From Eledone cirrhosa (lineage: Eukaryota): DNA of 64,000 nt. Below, piece by piece: positions 26,548-41,763 of this stretch. Each line of letters begins with the position of its first letter. Position 1 is the stretch's first letter. Under the pieces are notes generated by a model. That model made no database searches. It saw only the letters and a program-made list of their open reading frames with translations, and was not told the DNA's origin. The translations under genes and the position numbers were made by a program. The stretch covers positions 90,830,001 to 90,894,000 of the forward strand of contig OZ024745.1 of assembly GCA_964016885.1 (NCBI GenBank). Direction: 5' to 3'.

Positions 26548-29009
26548 TTCATGTCTCAGATAATTCTCATTAACTAGCGCAGTGCAATAACTAAAGAAAT
26601 ATAGTATACTATGTGATTACAGTATTTAGTTTAGCGGGTTTTCTATAACTGGATGCTCTTCCTATCAGCAACCACTTTACAAGAGTGTACTGGAAATGTG
26701 TGGCCTTATGTCAAGTCATTACCAGAGACAACATGACTCCTGAGTTCAATGAAAGAAACACTGAATGGCAAAGAAAACAATATATCAAAGAATGTAATTT
26801 CACATTGTATTATGTCAATGTCTTTATTTAATATGGCCAAGTTAATTTCATAACAGCAACATAATAGAACAATTTAACAACTAGCCCAACCTGCTATATT
26901 AATAAACTTTGACAAAACCTCACTCTTTAAAAAAGCTACTTTTAAACAGGTCCCAAGTACATTTCATTTAACTTCTTTTTCAAATAAGGTTGTGATGTGA
27001 TCTAGCTGTTAAAAAATTTGACTTTGAGCAATTGTCAATTAGATATCAATCATAATACGGGTGTAAGTTTGGGTGTATGTGTGGAGGTAGTTGTACGTGT
27101 GCATACATGGCTGTGTAGGTGTTTCTTATCTACACCAGTCAAAATCAAAAACAATAGTGTATACTCTCTATGTCAGCACAATCTGCAATGCTTAAATAGA
27201 TTCTGTATATGGTGTATATAAATGATTAATATTTAAGGTTGGGTTTGTTCTCACTGAATAGCTCCTTGAGCATGTCTTCTACCATAGCAGTGGGTTGACA
27301 AACAACTTGTGAATAAATTTGGTTGATAGGAACTGTAAGGAGGCCTATTGTGCATGTGTGTGTGTTCAAATGACAAAACATTTAAAACAAGCAGTGGTGT
27401 CCGTTTCCCACAGCATAGTGGCCTGACAAAGATGAGTGGTGTATACAATACTTATTGAAAAGTCTTGTCCAACCCAACATTGAAAAACAGGCACAATGAA
27501 AAGGTGAAAGTGGAGGATTTGAGCTCGGCACAACAAGTCAACTAATCGTTTGTTAATTTTACAATACTACTATTACTAACAATCATGAATTATACTATAA
27601 TACCACTCTGCAGGACAGAGTTAACATGGGTCACACCATTAAGAAAATAGGGATGTCTTGACCAGTGACATAAGACATGTCTAATTATAGAAAACATGAC
27701 TTAAGTGGACTGGACAGAGCTGTCATATAATATAAACTATAACCATGTTAGCAGGTTGTCCAGATCGCTATGGACTCCATGGTCACTGTTTACATAATGT
27801 AATATATCATCAGTTCATGGAGTGAAAGAATCTAACAGTTTTTATTTATCTAAGACAAGTTTACAAGCATCTATAGTAAAGAGATTTTTCAAGAAAGAGA
27901 GGGAAGACTGTCATGTTGTCCCCTATGGTTTACAAGTCCTTCGAAGATTTGATGTACCACTAAACTGGGATTCTGAGCTAAATCAATTACATTAATGTAT
28001 TTCTAATGAAATACAATGTTTATGAATTAGTTACTGAAGAATTTGGAGGTATTTACTAAAGTTATTAATTAGTTCATTATTAAGATGATATTTGTAATAC
28101 AACAAAGGTAAAATTATGTTGGAAAGTTTTAATTTAAACAGAAACCCTTTAAAACAGGTGGTTTTGTTTCACAGAACCAGTTTTGCACAAGTTGATATTA
28201 AAAGGGTCAACTCTATATATTTTTCCACCATTTGTCAAATGATATTTCAAACTTTTAATGGTAATCTACAGAACATCAAATTGTAGATGTAAAATTAAAA
28301 ATGAAGTCAATTAATTGTTTTATTACAAACACTGTATGTGCATATAGAGGATCTTATCTATACTCCTCCCATACTAATCAGCGAATTTCTCATTTGTCAA
28401 CAGGACACAGATTATAAATCATTTGTTAGTTGATTGCCATTAGTCATCAGGTAGTATGCAGCATGACCATCAATATTTTATTATCTGGCCTTTCAATGAC
28501 ATATCATACATAATAGCTTTCCATATTCATGTCAATTAACTAGAGAAAACTGAATGCACTTTACATACAAAAAAAAGTGGTATGTTAATTTTACCCTTAT
28601 AAATCCTACTGCATTAGATTATACACACACTCTTTATATCATTTTTAATGTCTGCTTTACCTGCAGATGTGTATGAAATGAAATTAAATTTACAGCCTAC
28701 CTATGACAGTTTAGCTGGCCTCCTACAAGGCTGCCTCTCACAAAAGATGTTTTGGCTTTTTTTATATTTTAATGTTAATAATAAAAGCTCCAGTCCTATC
28801 ATTAAAAGGATCATGAAATGAAGTATCTTGCTCAAGAATCCAACACACTACAAAATTCACAGGCTGAACCCCCAACATTATGATAGATTGTGAGCCCAAC
28901 ACTTTAACAAATAGGCCACATGCCTTCACACACACAGATGTATGGAAGGATGGAGGAATATGCCATCATCATCCTCGCTCTTCTATTTGAGCTGTGCTAC
29001 TGAATCAAT

Positions 29010-29860
29010 AATAGCTTGTACAGAATGTGGGCTGTTCCCAGTAGAGATATTTTGGGAATAATGTGTGATGCTCTAATCCTTGATATAGCTTCTATGTTTT
29101 TGTTCATATTTTGTTATCATACCCACTGCTCCAATTATTACTGGCATTATTTTTACCTTCAAGCCCCATCTACTTTTAACATCCATTTTCCACGCTAGCA
29201 TGGGTAGGATGTGCTGTCCCGTTGTGAGACAACCAGGTTTGAGGACCGTGTTTTGCTCATACAGAACTGATTTGGGCTTGATTTCTATGGCTGGATGCCC
29301 TTCCTAACACCAACCACATTTACAGTGTGTACTAGGTGCTTTATGGTGTGACACCTACACAACCAATTTACAGTGTGTACTGGGTGCTTTTTGTCGCGAC
29401 ACCTACACAACCAATTTACAGTGTGTAGTACTGGGTGCTTTTTGTCGCGACACCTACACAACCAATTTACAGTGTGGAATAGGCACTTTTAGTTGTGACA
29501 CCTACATGACCGCTTTACAGTATGGACTTGGTGCTTTTTGTTGTGACATCTACACAACCACTTTACAATGAGGACTGGGTGATTTTCGACATGACATCTA
29601 TTTTAAGATCCTTATATTCTAACAGTAGAAATTGTTATATCTATTAGTATACATGTGTTTTGGGGGGCTTTTTTTTTTTTCCAGTTCTTTATTATGTCTG
29701 AACAGTCTGTCTTGATTCCTTTGTCAGTTTGGACAGGCATATCTCAGAGGATTTTGACCAGGTTGTTTTCATACTTAGTACATGCTTATACCATTAACTG
29801 GCTGTTTCCAAGTCAATATGTAGGCATATAGCTGTCAACTCGATTATGTTGATGTATATA
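29010..29860 (-). mobile_element. R4/Dong-like REL retrotransposon 3' fragment split by a SINE-like insert (~29170-29600)
   Basis: Remnant peptides VQTDKGIK..DII, EYKDLKI and LLGTAHIL. Confidence 0.6.
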
Positions 29861-30770
29861 TCCAGGCTTGGCAAGGACTGGGTAGCCTGAGATAGACCCG
29901 ACTTTACAGCCAGGTAGATTTGGCTAATTTAAAAATTAAATGTCTTGGTCATGGACACAGTATAGTGTTACTTATAGGTTATGAACCAGAAGGCCATCAG
30001 TTGTTAGTCTAATAATACCCTATTGACTTTGCCATCGAGGATTTCACAATAACTACTCTAAGGATGTTGGGCTTACAACGCGAGTTCAATTCCTGGACTG
30101 GGTTGTGTTATGTTCTTGAGCAAAATACTTCATTTCACGTTGCTCCAGTATACTCAACTGAAAATGAGTACCAACATCAGCTGGGGGTTTGCTGCGATGG
30201 ACTGGCGTCCTGTCCCGAGGGGAGTCTTGTATTCTAAGTCGCTTCATGCCATGGAAACCGAGATAGGCACTGGCCTGATGAGCTTCTAGACTCAAGACAG
30301 ACTTTTTTTTAGACTCTACTTTTTACATAGGAATGAATCAAAAGCATTTTTTTTTAAGAGGCTATAGAAGACTTTCATTAAAAAGGTATAATCAGCAGAG
30401 GTCTTTGTCTTTTTTAGCTTTTATTTATATTTTTTCCTGCTTTTATTGCAATACTAAATTATAAATAAACCCCTGTAAATGCTAAAAGGTTCTTTAATGG
30501 ATTATTGAATTAGTTCCTATTCATAACAGAACAGGTTTCACCATGTAACATTCTGGAAGAAAGAAGTAGTCCAATATATGGAAGAAAGGGAAGAACAGAT
30601 GAGAAGGAATAAAGGAGAGGAAGCAAGAGAATAAAAAATATATAGAATTGAAACTGTAAAACCAAGTAGGAGAAAAAGAATCACAGATATAAATCTAATT
30701 ATGAGATGTAAATGTAAAGATAGGAAGAAAACAGATAAAATGTTCTTGTACTTTATATTAATGGATAATA

Positions 30771-30893
<123 letters not shown>

Positions 30894-31646
30894 CTCTATT
30901 TTGTCATTTCCTTTAACTATATATATATATATATATCATCATTTAACATGTTTTCCCTGCTAAAAAGGGCTTCATGGGTTGTCACAGACAAAGTCAGTAC
31001 TTAATCAGAGCTACTAACCTCTCAGACAAGCCAGGGCCCAAGCTTCTCACATATTTCCCCACACTCTACAGAATCCGCTGAGCATATTTTATCATAACAC
31101 CAGCACTAAGGAAGTTGTCATGTCTTCAACAGAGTTGAAAGGTCCTCTCAACCCTTAGTTTGCCACATTTTCTATAGTTGGATACCCTTCCTATCACCAA
31201 CAACTTTACAGAGTATACTGAGTGCATTTTTTCAGGGCACCAGCCCAAGAAAGATTACCGTATCAGAGACTGGAAGATTTTCTCAATCCTTTTTGGTATG
31301 GTTTCTATGGCTGGACACCCTTCCTATCACAAACCACTTTACAGGGTGTACTGGGTGTGTTTTATCATGCTAACAGCACTAGGGAGGTTGCCAGTCACTG
31401 ACCTTAACTGATGGGCCCTCTTCACCCTATGGCTGAGGGAGGTGGTAGGAAGTGTGTTATGGGTGGGAGTGACAAATATAATCTATAAAGCTTAGTAAAC
31501 ACAAGCTTTGCTGAAACATCATAGTTATGTTGTAAGAATATAATTACATTTATAAGTGTGCATTTGTCTACACTTTTAATATAACTTTATTCAAGATACT
31601 TCATCAACAATATGAAGAATACAGTTTAATCAGTGACTGAAGGCAT

Positions 31647-31842
31647 TTAACCCTTTAGCATTCACATTACACTATATATACTATTATATTTTCATGGTAA
31701 AGGCTTTACCTCACATAATATAGAATCTATGAGATTTTGAAAGTATTTATTTTGAGTTTGAGCGACCAGTTACAGCCAGTTTCAACAGAAGAAGGTAGAG
31801 AATTCTGGCCGGTTTTGGCCGGTTTGAACATTAAAGGGTTAA
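31647..31842. mobile_element. piggyBac-like MITE, family 1
   Basis: TTAA-flanked CCCTTTA termini. Confidence 0.78.
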
Positions 31843-32198
31843 GCACAAAATGATTAAATGGAATCCATGTCCTAATTCAATTTTATGAGGAAAACCCAAC
31901 AACATAAAAATAGATCTATTAAAACAGCACCACAGAAATATCTGAGAAACACAATTGTATACACACAGACATAACCATACATACATATAATAAACTAAAT
32001 TGAGACTATATAGAAACAAACACATACATGTGTGTGAGTGTGTGTCACAAACATATTTACATAAAATACATATATATATGTATGTATGTTATGGTATACA
32101 TATTTTATGTAAATATGTTGTCCCCACTCCCCACTCTCGGGAACCTAATAAACTACCATTTGTACTGCCTCTGTTTTTTGTTCCTGTCTAATATTTAA

Positions 32199-32241
<43 letters not shown>

Positions 32242-33106
32242 TCAACAAAAATATGACCATACATACAATAAGCTAAAGAGAGACTATGTAGAAACAAACA
32301 CATACATGTGTGTGTGTGTCACAAGCATATTTACATAAAATATATATACCATAACACACACACATACATCAACAAAAATATAACCATACATACAATAAAC
32401 TAAATGGAGACTATATAGAAACAAACACATACATGTGAGTGTGTGTTTGTGTGTGAGTGTGTCACAAACATATTTACATAAAATATGTATACCATAACAT
32501 ATATATACATAAAATATATATATATATATATTGTACTGAAGTGTTTTATTATTATCCAACAAATACACTCCTCAAAATAGTTCAAATCTGTAGTAGATCT
32601 GAAATATTAAAATACAATGCATCATACTTGTCAAAATAGCAAAGCTGATAGCAGAAGAGGAGAAACCAAGGGAACAGGACAGCTTGTTTAGTAACCATAC
32701 ACACTACTACAAGGGTATTGACCAGATTTCGAAATCACAATTAAAAAATAGTTAAGTATCTTGTCCAAGAGCCATTTCACATGTTGTTCAAATGGAATAA
32801 GAATATGTTCAGAAAACTGCCACTAACAGTCATTTCAATCTTTCACTAACTTTTGATCTTTTTATGCTGTTACTCACTGAAGAATCTGCCAACTAAAGAC
32901 ATTCGCCTCTACTTCCATCACTAATATTATTGGGAATGGCACACACATATACATACATACATCATCATCATCATCATCGTTTAACGTCCGTGTTCCACGC
33001 TTGCATGGGTTTGGACGGGGGTTTTCCCACTTGAGGCAAGAGTGATTGTCTTGCTCGCATATATATAAAGATATATAAGTTAACAAGATATCGTTTAAGG
33101 TAATCC

Positions 33107-33496
33107 ATCATCATCATCATCATTTTACGTCCACTTTTCCCTGCTTGCAAGGGTGGGACGGGAACTGATTCTGGCTTGATTTCTACAGCTGGATGCCCTT
33201 CCTAACACCAACCTCATTTACAGTGAATGCTGGGTGCTTTTTTTCCGTGGCGCCTACACGCCCACTTTACAGTGAGTGCTGCGTGCTTTTTTTGCCGTGG
33301 CACATCCACGACCACTTTGCTGTGGAATGATAGAGACCCCAGTCCCTATCATCTCATTTCTACAGCTGAGTAAACTGGAGCAATGTGAAATAAAGTGTCT
33401 TACTCAAGGAAACAACACATCACCCGGTCTGAGAATTGAACTCACAACCTTTCGATTGCAAGGCCAATGCTCTAACCACTAAGCCATGTGCCTCCA
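33107..33496 (-). mobile_element. SINE family A
   Basis: Full head-to-tail match. Confidence 0.85.
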
Positions 33497-33505
33497 TATA
33501 TATAT

Positions 33506-33695
33506 ATATGAAAAGATTCAGGACCCCGACGGTTTCAACAGCTAGATCCGAACGGTTTGGATCTAGTTGTTGTAACGGCTGGAGTTCAGCCGTCGAGGTC
33601 CTGAATCTTTTCATATTACCCACTCTACTACCCCAAGTATCGTCGAGTACTCTAGTGGATTATGGTCTATCTGGTTTTTACCACACCCTATCTTA
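33506..33695 (+). mobile_element. Second copy of the palindromic-head element
   Basis: Inverted repeat 33506-33616; tail TTACCCACTCTACTACCCCAAGTATCG matches the 25.7-kb copy; TA tracts on both sides. Confidence 0.72.
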
Positions 33696-33736
33696 TATAT
33701 ATATATATATATTCAATATTATTAAGGCTAAAAAGT

Positions 33737-33793
33737 GAGTCTTGTTACTCTGGAGTTTCACCTGTTTATCACAGGGTCATCAAACAAGAACTC
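33737..33793 (-). ncRNA. Type I hammerhead with U3.G8 core
   Basis: GAGUUCUUGU-UUGAUGA-cCCUGU(gauaa)ACAGGu-GAAA-CUC(ca)GAG-UA-ACAAGACUC; inside a ~110-bp island between TA tracts. Confidence 0.75.
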
Positions 33794-36700
33794 ATTTCAA
33801 TAGTAGATACAATATATATATATATAAGGAAAAGTTGGGGTGGAGGAAGGAGGTAATTTTAATAAAGAAGGGGTAATTATGATAGGATGGATGAAGAGAG
33901 AGAGAAAGAGAGAGACTGTAAAGTGGTTTGCATTAGGGAGGGCACCAGCTGTTTAAAAAAAACATGCCATAACTGGAATGTTAGTAATATGTGGCCCTCA
34001 GCTCAGCTAGGAGGATAGTAGCTCTGATTAAGTAGACTATTAATGCTTAAAGTGTTCAATATCTTTATTTACAGACTTAAGCTAATGTAAGTCAGACAGT
34101 ATGTCAGGCTTACTAGAAAATAAAATCTAAAAAACACAAGAAAGAAGCATGTTAATATTACTTCCCTGATAATCAAACTATCAAAAAATGTCTGATTACT
34201 GACACCTAATTTGAAAATTAGATATTTTGTTTTTTACCTAAATAAAAACAATTCTTATTTTCTATTTAATTTGTCTATTACCATATTACAACACTAATTT
34301 TAAACAAATACTCCATTTTGACAACAGATCACCATTTTCAAGCAACTTTATACTCTCAGCATGACAAAAGAAGTTTTGCTAACAAAGCAATTGCCATTGG
34401 TTGTTTTTGCTATCCATTTCATCTATTGTCAAGTAAAATTTAATTAGGTGTTTGCTTAAGCTTCAACTTTTTATCTTTCTCTTTTTATGGAACTTGAACT
34501 ATTTTCTACTAAGGTATTTAGATCAGCTATTTTTATTTCATTACAAAGTTACATTCCAACCTGTTTCAAACACTTTGAAATACTAACTTCAAAATGCATA
34601 CCTTTCATATAGATTTTTCATGGTAATGAATTGATAAAAATATTAGAGCATATACAATATTTACTTATGTCTCCCTAAACTCTAAATTCAAATCCTTTGC
34701 TTTCCATCTCTTCCAGATCAATGAAATATTTAACATGTTCTTTGAATGGTTCAATCAAATGTCCATCTCCTCTACAAATTTCTGGCTTAGTTATAATATA
34801 GATTGCTTTTTTTAGGTAGAGTGAAATAAAAGTATTTTATGAAAGGAAGGAATTTAATCAATTGATGATACCTGTATATATTTTATAGGGTGTTAAAACA
34901 ACTCCAGGAAGAATACATATAAATTATTCCTTGTTGAATTCCCTAGATAAGCACAGAGACTAAGATTTCATTTAAGAGTCAGTTTGAGAGAGTACACTTA
35001 GTAGATGAAACAAACCCATGCTAGCATGGAAGATGGACGTTAAACAAAGATGATGACGAGACTTTACCATACGACCTCAAAAGTGTAGGATGTGACAGTT
35101 TCTTCCTCAGCTACCATAAGTTCACACACAAGCCTACAAGCCTATATAGTGTTCTTTTAGAGAATCAGTATCTAGAGAAAAATTTCAATTCTTTTAATTA
35201 ATTCTTAATATCCTGTCATAACTTACCAGAAAATATCTAAACATGGGTTTGTTGATTCAAATGTTTATAGTAGCTTTACTAATGAACAGAGCATTGGAAA
35301 AAATTTCAGTATTTGGGTAAAAAAATTAATTTAAGAATATCTTGTTAATGTGATTTCATGCAGTACAGGACAAAAGAATTTGAAGAAATCACATTACAAA
35401 ATAACTAATTTCTTTTTACATTAATCACATATCTAAGTTATTTATATTTTTACATTAATTATCAGACTTACAATGACCGCAATCACAACTATCTAGATCA
35501 ATGAGGGCTTGGTCTATAGTTCAAAAGTTTCACTAGTTTTACATAGTGTGCTTCCTAAATGTACTGAGGCAGAACAGCTTAGCCACAAGCTGTATTGAGA
35601 TAAGACTTTCAGCACTACAGGCAATGTATAAATGATAAGAATTTCATTAGCCTGCAGCGCAGGAGTTTAAATCCTCTCACTAGTTAAACTTTTGACAACC
35701 TTCCAAGCCATCCAAGAGATGCCTTTTTAATTGCATAATACTTTGTAAACCGGGATAAGACACAATTGACTGCAAATCCTTCAGTTGAAGATAATGGATT
35801 AAAAAAACATGGTGTTTTACTGAGTCATACAGAATATAATAAAGAAAAACTTTGTTATCTTCATGGATAGAAATTCTCTCAATGTTAAAACCTGATTTCT
35901 AATCTTTTAATAATGATTTCTAGTTTAGGCACAAGACCAATAATTTGGAGGGAGGGAAAAGTCGATTATATTGGTCTCAGTACTTTACTGGTATTTTATG
36001 TTATTGACCCCTGAAGGATGAAAAGCAAAACTGACTTCAATGGGATTTGAACTCAGAAAATAAGCCTTACCAAATGATGCAAAGCATTTTCCCGATGTTC
36101 TAATGATTCTGCAAATCAACCATCCTTTATTCTACCCAAATAATAATTGTTTCTACGTTTGGCACAAGGCCAGCACTTTGGAGGGAAGAGGAAAATCAAT
36201 TAGATTGACCCCAGTGTATTACTAATACTTATTTTATCAACCCCCATAAGGATGAAAGGCAAAGCTAACAGTCTGTAAATGTGATATTAGGGTGTTAGGA
36301 CTACTGTATTTAAAATAAGTATATATTCAAATTGTAAATCAGTTCAACTATTAACAGGCCATCTTCCTTGTTAAAGCATGTTGTCCAATGCTCTATCAAT
36401 ACTGCCAATCCGCCACCCTTTCTACCACTAATAATAATGATTTCTGATTTAGGACCAAGACAAACAATTTTGGGACAATGAGAAAGTCGAATAAATCTAT
36501 CCCAGTGCGTTACTGGTACTTTATTATGGTACTGAGCTAACTTCAGCAAGATTCTAACTCAGAACATAACTATATGCTACGAAGCAGGGTGCCCGACGCT
36601 CTAGCACTAATAACAACAACATTGATAAGGTAAACAATTCCAACCTGTAGTTTGTAATATACAATTAATCACCTTGAAATGCCACCACACCTTGAATACA

Positions 36701-38459
36701 CACACTGGCTACAAAACTGGTGCACTATATACATTAAACTATACCTATTTTCTTTGGCTATTTGAAATCTATCTATAAAAGGTGGGTTGAAATTTAAAGT
36801 AGAAAAGACAAACAGTTGAATCATTTCTTTAGTGAATTCACACACACACACAAAGCAATTTTTCAATCCTTTTTCATCCACCATTCCTTGATTGCGACAG
36901 TGTGATTGCTTTAAAAAAATTTGGAAATTTCTAAATAATCAATAATGTTATCTAATACCATGTAAATAAATTTAAGCACTACCAGCATATATTTATACCT
37001 TTGCTAAAACTGTCTATAGATGTGATATTTAGGGTGTGAGGACTTCTGTATTTAAAACAAGTATACTTGTTTGCTATCCAAACTTTAAGTCAGTTCAACT
37101 ATTAACAGTAATTCTTTTAAGGCCATCTTCCTTGTTGAAGCAGGAGTTGTCTTTGCAAATTCCAGGACAAAATTCATTTTCATCACAGGGCCCTTTTTGA
37201 GGTAATGTTTTACAGCTAGATGCCTTTGCTGGTGCCAATCCTTATGGGTTGCCAACTCTTACAACACACAGGGATACAGTGTACCTATTCTAAATTGGAT
37301 ACACACAGCTATCAAGTCAGAATATTAAGATCTTTAAATCCTTTTGCTTATAGAATAGGTATTCTGATGGACCCTGCCAAAATTTAAGACAACAACCTAC
37401 ATAGTCATTGAGACAAATGTAATTATAGGACATGGAATTCAAAGCTACCAGCATTTCAGAATATAAGTGAGGTTATCCTACAACCAGGATCATCATCATC
37501 AACATCGTCATCATTTTTACATCCACTTTTCCATGCTCGCATGGATTGGATGGGATGTTTTAAGACAATGTCAACACTTACAATACAGTGTATGTATTCT
37601 AAAACTGGGATACACATGTCAGATCTTTATAAATAGTGTTATAAATAGTGACCTTTCACTAGGTACAACATGTAGACACCTTAAATGTCTAATGCTTTCC
37701 TTTCATCTCACTAGGACCTAGACAACAGTACTAGACAACAGTATACTAAAGACATTTGTTGCTGAGGAAAAAATAATTAGATATATAAACATGTTATGTA
37801 TCTCTAGACTATCTGTTATACAAAACAGTATGAACTAGAGAGAAGGAATCACATTTTTGTTGTTTAGTCCCTGGTTAGCCTTAATTGAACAGACCTTTAG
37901 TCAAAAGCATACTAGCTGTGACAATCTTGTCTTTTTTCTACACAGTGTTTCCAGAGCCACATTATCCAATATGTGCTTCCATTTTTTTAAGATGGTAGAG
38001 TGTGATTTGAGGGAGTTTTCAGTGCTATTTCTAACACGAAGTTCACAGTTGTGCTTATTTCAACCAAAACTGATTTAGTTTTTCAGTTTTCTAAAATTAA
38101 GAATGATAACATTGGTACAAAAGAATTACCCTACTACTGGTGTTACATTATAGCCTTAAGATAGCAACTGAAATTGTTTTGTTTTTAATCTATTTCTCTG
38201 AGATTAGGTAGCAAGGAACAGCCAGCAGATATACATAGTAAACAGGTGCATGGTGTTTAGTTGAATTAGTGAAGAGTGAAGAAAATCTAAGACCATGAAC
38301 TATCAAATTGTCAGTCTGCTTTAAAGCCACTATCTTGAAACCATCAAGGTATGAATGGAAATAATATTCATCACAAAAAACAAAGAATTTTGCTTCAATA
38401 GATGAAAACAAAAACGTACTAAGATTGTCATTGAACAAGAGAGAATAAATATACAAGGA

Positions 38460-38869
38460 TTAACCCTTTAGCATTTATATTACTCTATATTTACTATTGT
38501 ATTTTTGCAGTAAATGCTTCACCTTGCATGGGTAGGACAGGCTGTCCTGTTGTGAGAGATCCTGGTCAGAGGACCGAGTTTTGCTCACACAAAACTGATT
38601 TTGGCTTGGTTTCTATGGTCGGATGCCTTTCCTAATGTCAACCACATTAACAGTGTGGATGGGTGCTTTTTGTCGTGACACCTACACGACCACTTTACAG
38701 TGTAGGCTGGGCACTTTTTACAAAATATCGAATCTATGAGATTTTGATATTATTTATTTTGAGAACAAGACCTTAACATCAGTATGAGTGACCTGTTAGA
38801 GCCAGTTTGAACAGAAAGAGCTGAGAGAATTCTGGCCAGATATGACCAGTTTAAATGCTAAAGGATTAA
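38460..38869. mobile_element. piggyBac-like MITE with a nested SINE fragment
   Basis: MITE halves flank a SINE 3' fragment at ~38525-38720. Confidence 0.72.
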
Positions 38870-39051
38870 CATGCCAAAATTTTAATCTTTCAAGATCACG
38901 CAGGATTTGCAATTGATACATTTTGAGATTTCTTAAATTTCTTTTCTTTCAACCAAACCAGAATTTTATAGTATGCTAGAATTTACAAGATTCAACTTGT
39001 CTCTAAATATAAGTATTTGTCCCAAGAGAGAATTCATTTTGTTACAGTCCT

Positions 39052-39337
39052 CAGGACTGGATTTAATGGGGTGCAAAGGGGGCACCAGCAGCAACCGCTA
39101 TAGCAATTTATTTGTGCCCTCAGCTGGGCTTTTTAGTTTTAGGATGGTTAGAATGTTTTAATTTAATACCTGTATGTGTAACTTTTTAATTCCAATTACT
39201 TGCACCAAGCTAACTTTGAGATGTAAAATTTTTTTTTTTTTTGGGGGGGGGGGGGTATTCTAATTTTTTGTGTATGAGTATGCCTCCCAAACCTGAAATG
39301 CCCCCCCCCCCCCCCCCCCCGTCTAAATCCAACCCTG
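39052..39337. mobile_element. hAT-like MITE
   Basis: TIRs CAGGACTGGATTTA / TAAATCCAACCCTG; 8-bp TSD ACAGTCCT/TCAGTCCT. Confidence 0.75.
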
Positions 39338-39589
39338 TCAGTCCTAATCCTGAACACATGTAAAAATTGATTTTAAGGCATAAAAGTGGAGATAGCAGTA
39401 ACTCTAAAGCATTCTATGCTGTTGGAAACATAACGTTATCATATTACTGACAGATAAGAAATATTTCCAGGCATAAGCTACTGAATGAACTGACTCTGTT
39501 GTAGCTGAATAAATGATGCTCTTCACATATAATCATTAGAGTTTGTGAAGAATAGGTGATGGTCTGGATTATCAAAAGACAAAAACTAA

Positions 39590-39850
39590 GGGGAATCCGA
39601 GATGGTGTGCAGGAGAGAAGACTGCGTTGGTATGGACAATGACCGATGGGTGAAGAAATGCCAAGAAATCTCAGTGGAGGGAAGTCGGAATAGAGGACGA
39701 CCAAGAAAGACCTGGGCAGAGGTTGTGAGAACAGACCTCAAATCACTAAGACTGGCTGAGGAGATGACGAAGAACACGACAAGTGGAGAGATGCCGTGCT
39801 GAGAAGGACTCATCCAACCCATGCAAGCATGGAAAAGCAGACATGAAAAC
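39590..39850 (+). mobile_element. RTE-clade LINE 3' end
   Basis: VEGSRNRGRPRKTWAEVVRTDL followed by the CCAACCCATGCAAGCATGGAA tail shared with SINEs. Confidence 0.7.
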
Positions 39851-40041
39851 GATAATTGTTTCTACTTTAGGCACAAGGCCAACAATTACCCAGTGCATTA
39901 CTGGTACTTTATTTTATCGACCCCGTAAGGATGAAAGGCAAAGTCAACCTCGGCTGGATTTGAACTCAGATCGTAAAGGGACGTAACTATGCTGGAAAGC
40001 ATGGCGTCCGACCCTCTACCGATACTGCCAATCCACCGCCC
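39850..40041 (-). mobile_element. SINE family B
   Basis: Near-identical unit; TSD AGACATGAAAACGATAAT. Confidence 0.85.
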
Positions 40042-41545
40042 TTAGACATGAAAACGATAATGATGACAAAAACTAATTCTGTTTCACAAAGTAGTTGGTG
40101 AAAATATATTTCTAAATAAAAAAGGAGAAAGTACAGAAAATAATGTATCTTCTCTGTTTCCCAGAAATGAGATTGTGTAGGTGTCACGACAAAAAAAACA
40201 CACAGCCCACGCTGTAAATGTGGCCGTGTAGGCAACACGGTAAAAACCTCCCAGCCCCACACTGTAAATGTGGTTGGTGTTAGGAAGGGCATCCAGCTGT
40301 AGAAAACCCGCCAGACAGTGCACGCTGTAATGTGGCCGTGTAGGCAACACGGTAAAAACCTCCCAGCCCCACACTGTAAATGTGGTTGGTGTTAGGAAGG
40401 GCATCCAACTGTAGAAAACCCGCCAGACAGTCCTATACGAGCAAGACAACCAGTCTTGCCTCAAGTGGGAAAACTCCCGTCCAAACCCATGCAAGCGTGG
40501 AACATGGACATTAAACGATGATGATGATGATGATAATAAATACTGACCTCTACAAAAACAATAATACAAAATATATAGTATGGTCCCAGAAAGAACTTGG
40601 TCATAAAACACCCACACAACCACTTTACAGTGTACACACACATATTTAAAGAGGTAAGATCTATATAGATATATAGTGGCGAAGAAATTAACTTTTTAGT
40701 TTTTAAAGCAATCTTAATTCACCCTTTTGATACCAAACCACCTCTGGTTCTACAATACCAAGCTGTTTCAAAATGTTTATATCAACAAACTTTCTATAAT
40801 AATTTTCTGTTATGTTATGTTCCAAATGCCAGCTTAATAATATAAAAGGTAACTTCTTCACCCACTTATTCCTGAGGGGCTCATTGGGGCAGATCCTCAA
40901 ACACTCCTTCCAGTGGGTCCTGTCAGAAGCAACCATCTCCAACTGATCTGGCTGTATCCACAAGTGAAACCAGCCAAGCTCAAGCTCATGTGATTATAAT
41001 GTCTAAGGAAAGAATCGCTGGACAAATTTTATGGGTCAAACCAACCGACATGAGACCATGGGGTAGACCCCGAGCAAGAAAAGTTAACTATTTTATTAAA
41101 GCCCTCAAAATTCTTATTTTCTAAACAATTCTGAAAATCATAAGCAGTGTCTTTCATTAAAAGTAAGGTAATGAAAGGGTTAAATTCTTCCTCATTAATG
41201 ACTGGCTTGTAGTTTTCTAGTGATGGCAGGAGTATAATATGTCTGCAGAACTTTATTTCTCCAGCCTCTCTTTCTCCCTTAACATTCTAGGTTCTCTGAT
41301 GTTAAGTACTGTTACATGACAGACTAACTGGTAGCAGCAACATTCCTAAATAATGGTAGGTGTTAGATATCATAATAACACAAAACAATCTCTCTCACTC
41401 ACCTGAGTGAGTTTCTGCATGTATTTGTGTATGCATCTACATACACACACACAGATTAAATGTGGTTTAGAAAGAAATCCAGGATTGAAGACAAATGTTA
41501 TATTACACACAAACTCTCTCACACACACACACACACATTTACAGA

Positions 41546-41763
41546 TTAACCCTTTAGCACTTAAACCAGCCGTATCCACAGCCAGAACTCTCTCACCTCT
41601 TTCTGTTTAAACCAGCTATAACCAGCCACTCATACTGATGTTAAGGTATTGTTCTCAAAATAAATAATATCAAAATCTCATAGATTCAATATTATGTGAG
41701 ATAAAGCATTTACCATGAGTATATAATAGTACATATAGAGTAATGTAAATGTTAAAGGGTTAA
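41546..41763. mobile_element. piggyBac-like MITE, family 1
   Basis: TTAA-flanked inverted termini. Confidence 0.8.

Noticed and set aside
30270-30305. CTGATGAGC motif (also near 15835 and 23800)
   Set aside because: It is the 3' tail of SINE family C; there is no GAAA or stem III, so it is not a hammerhead.
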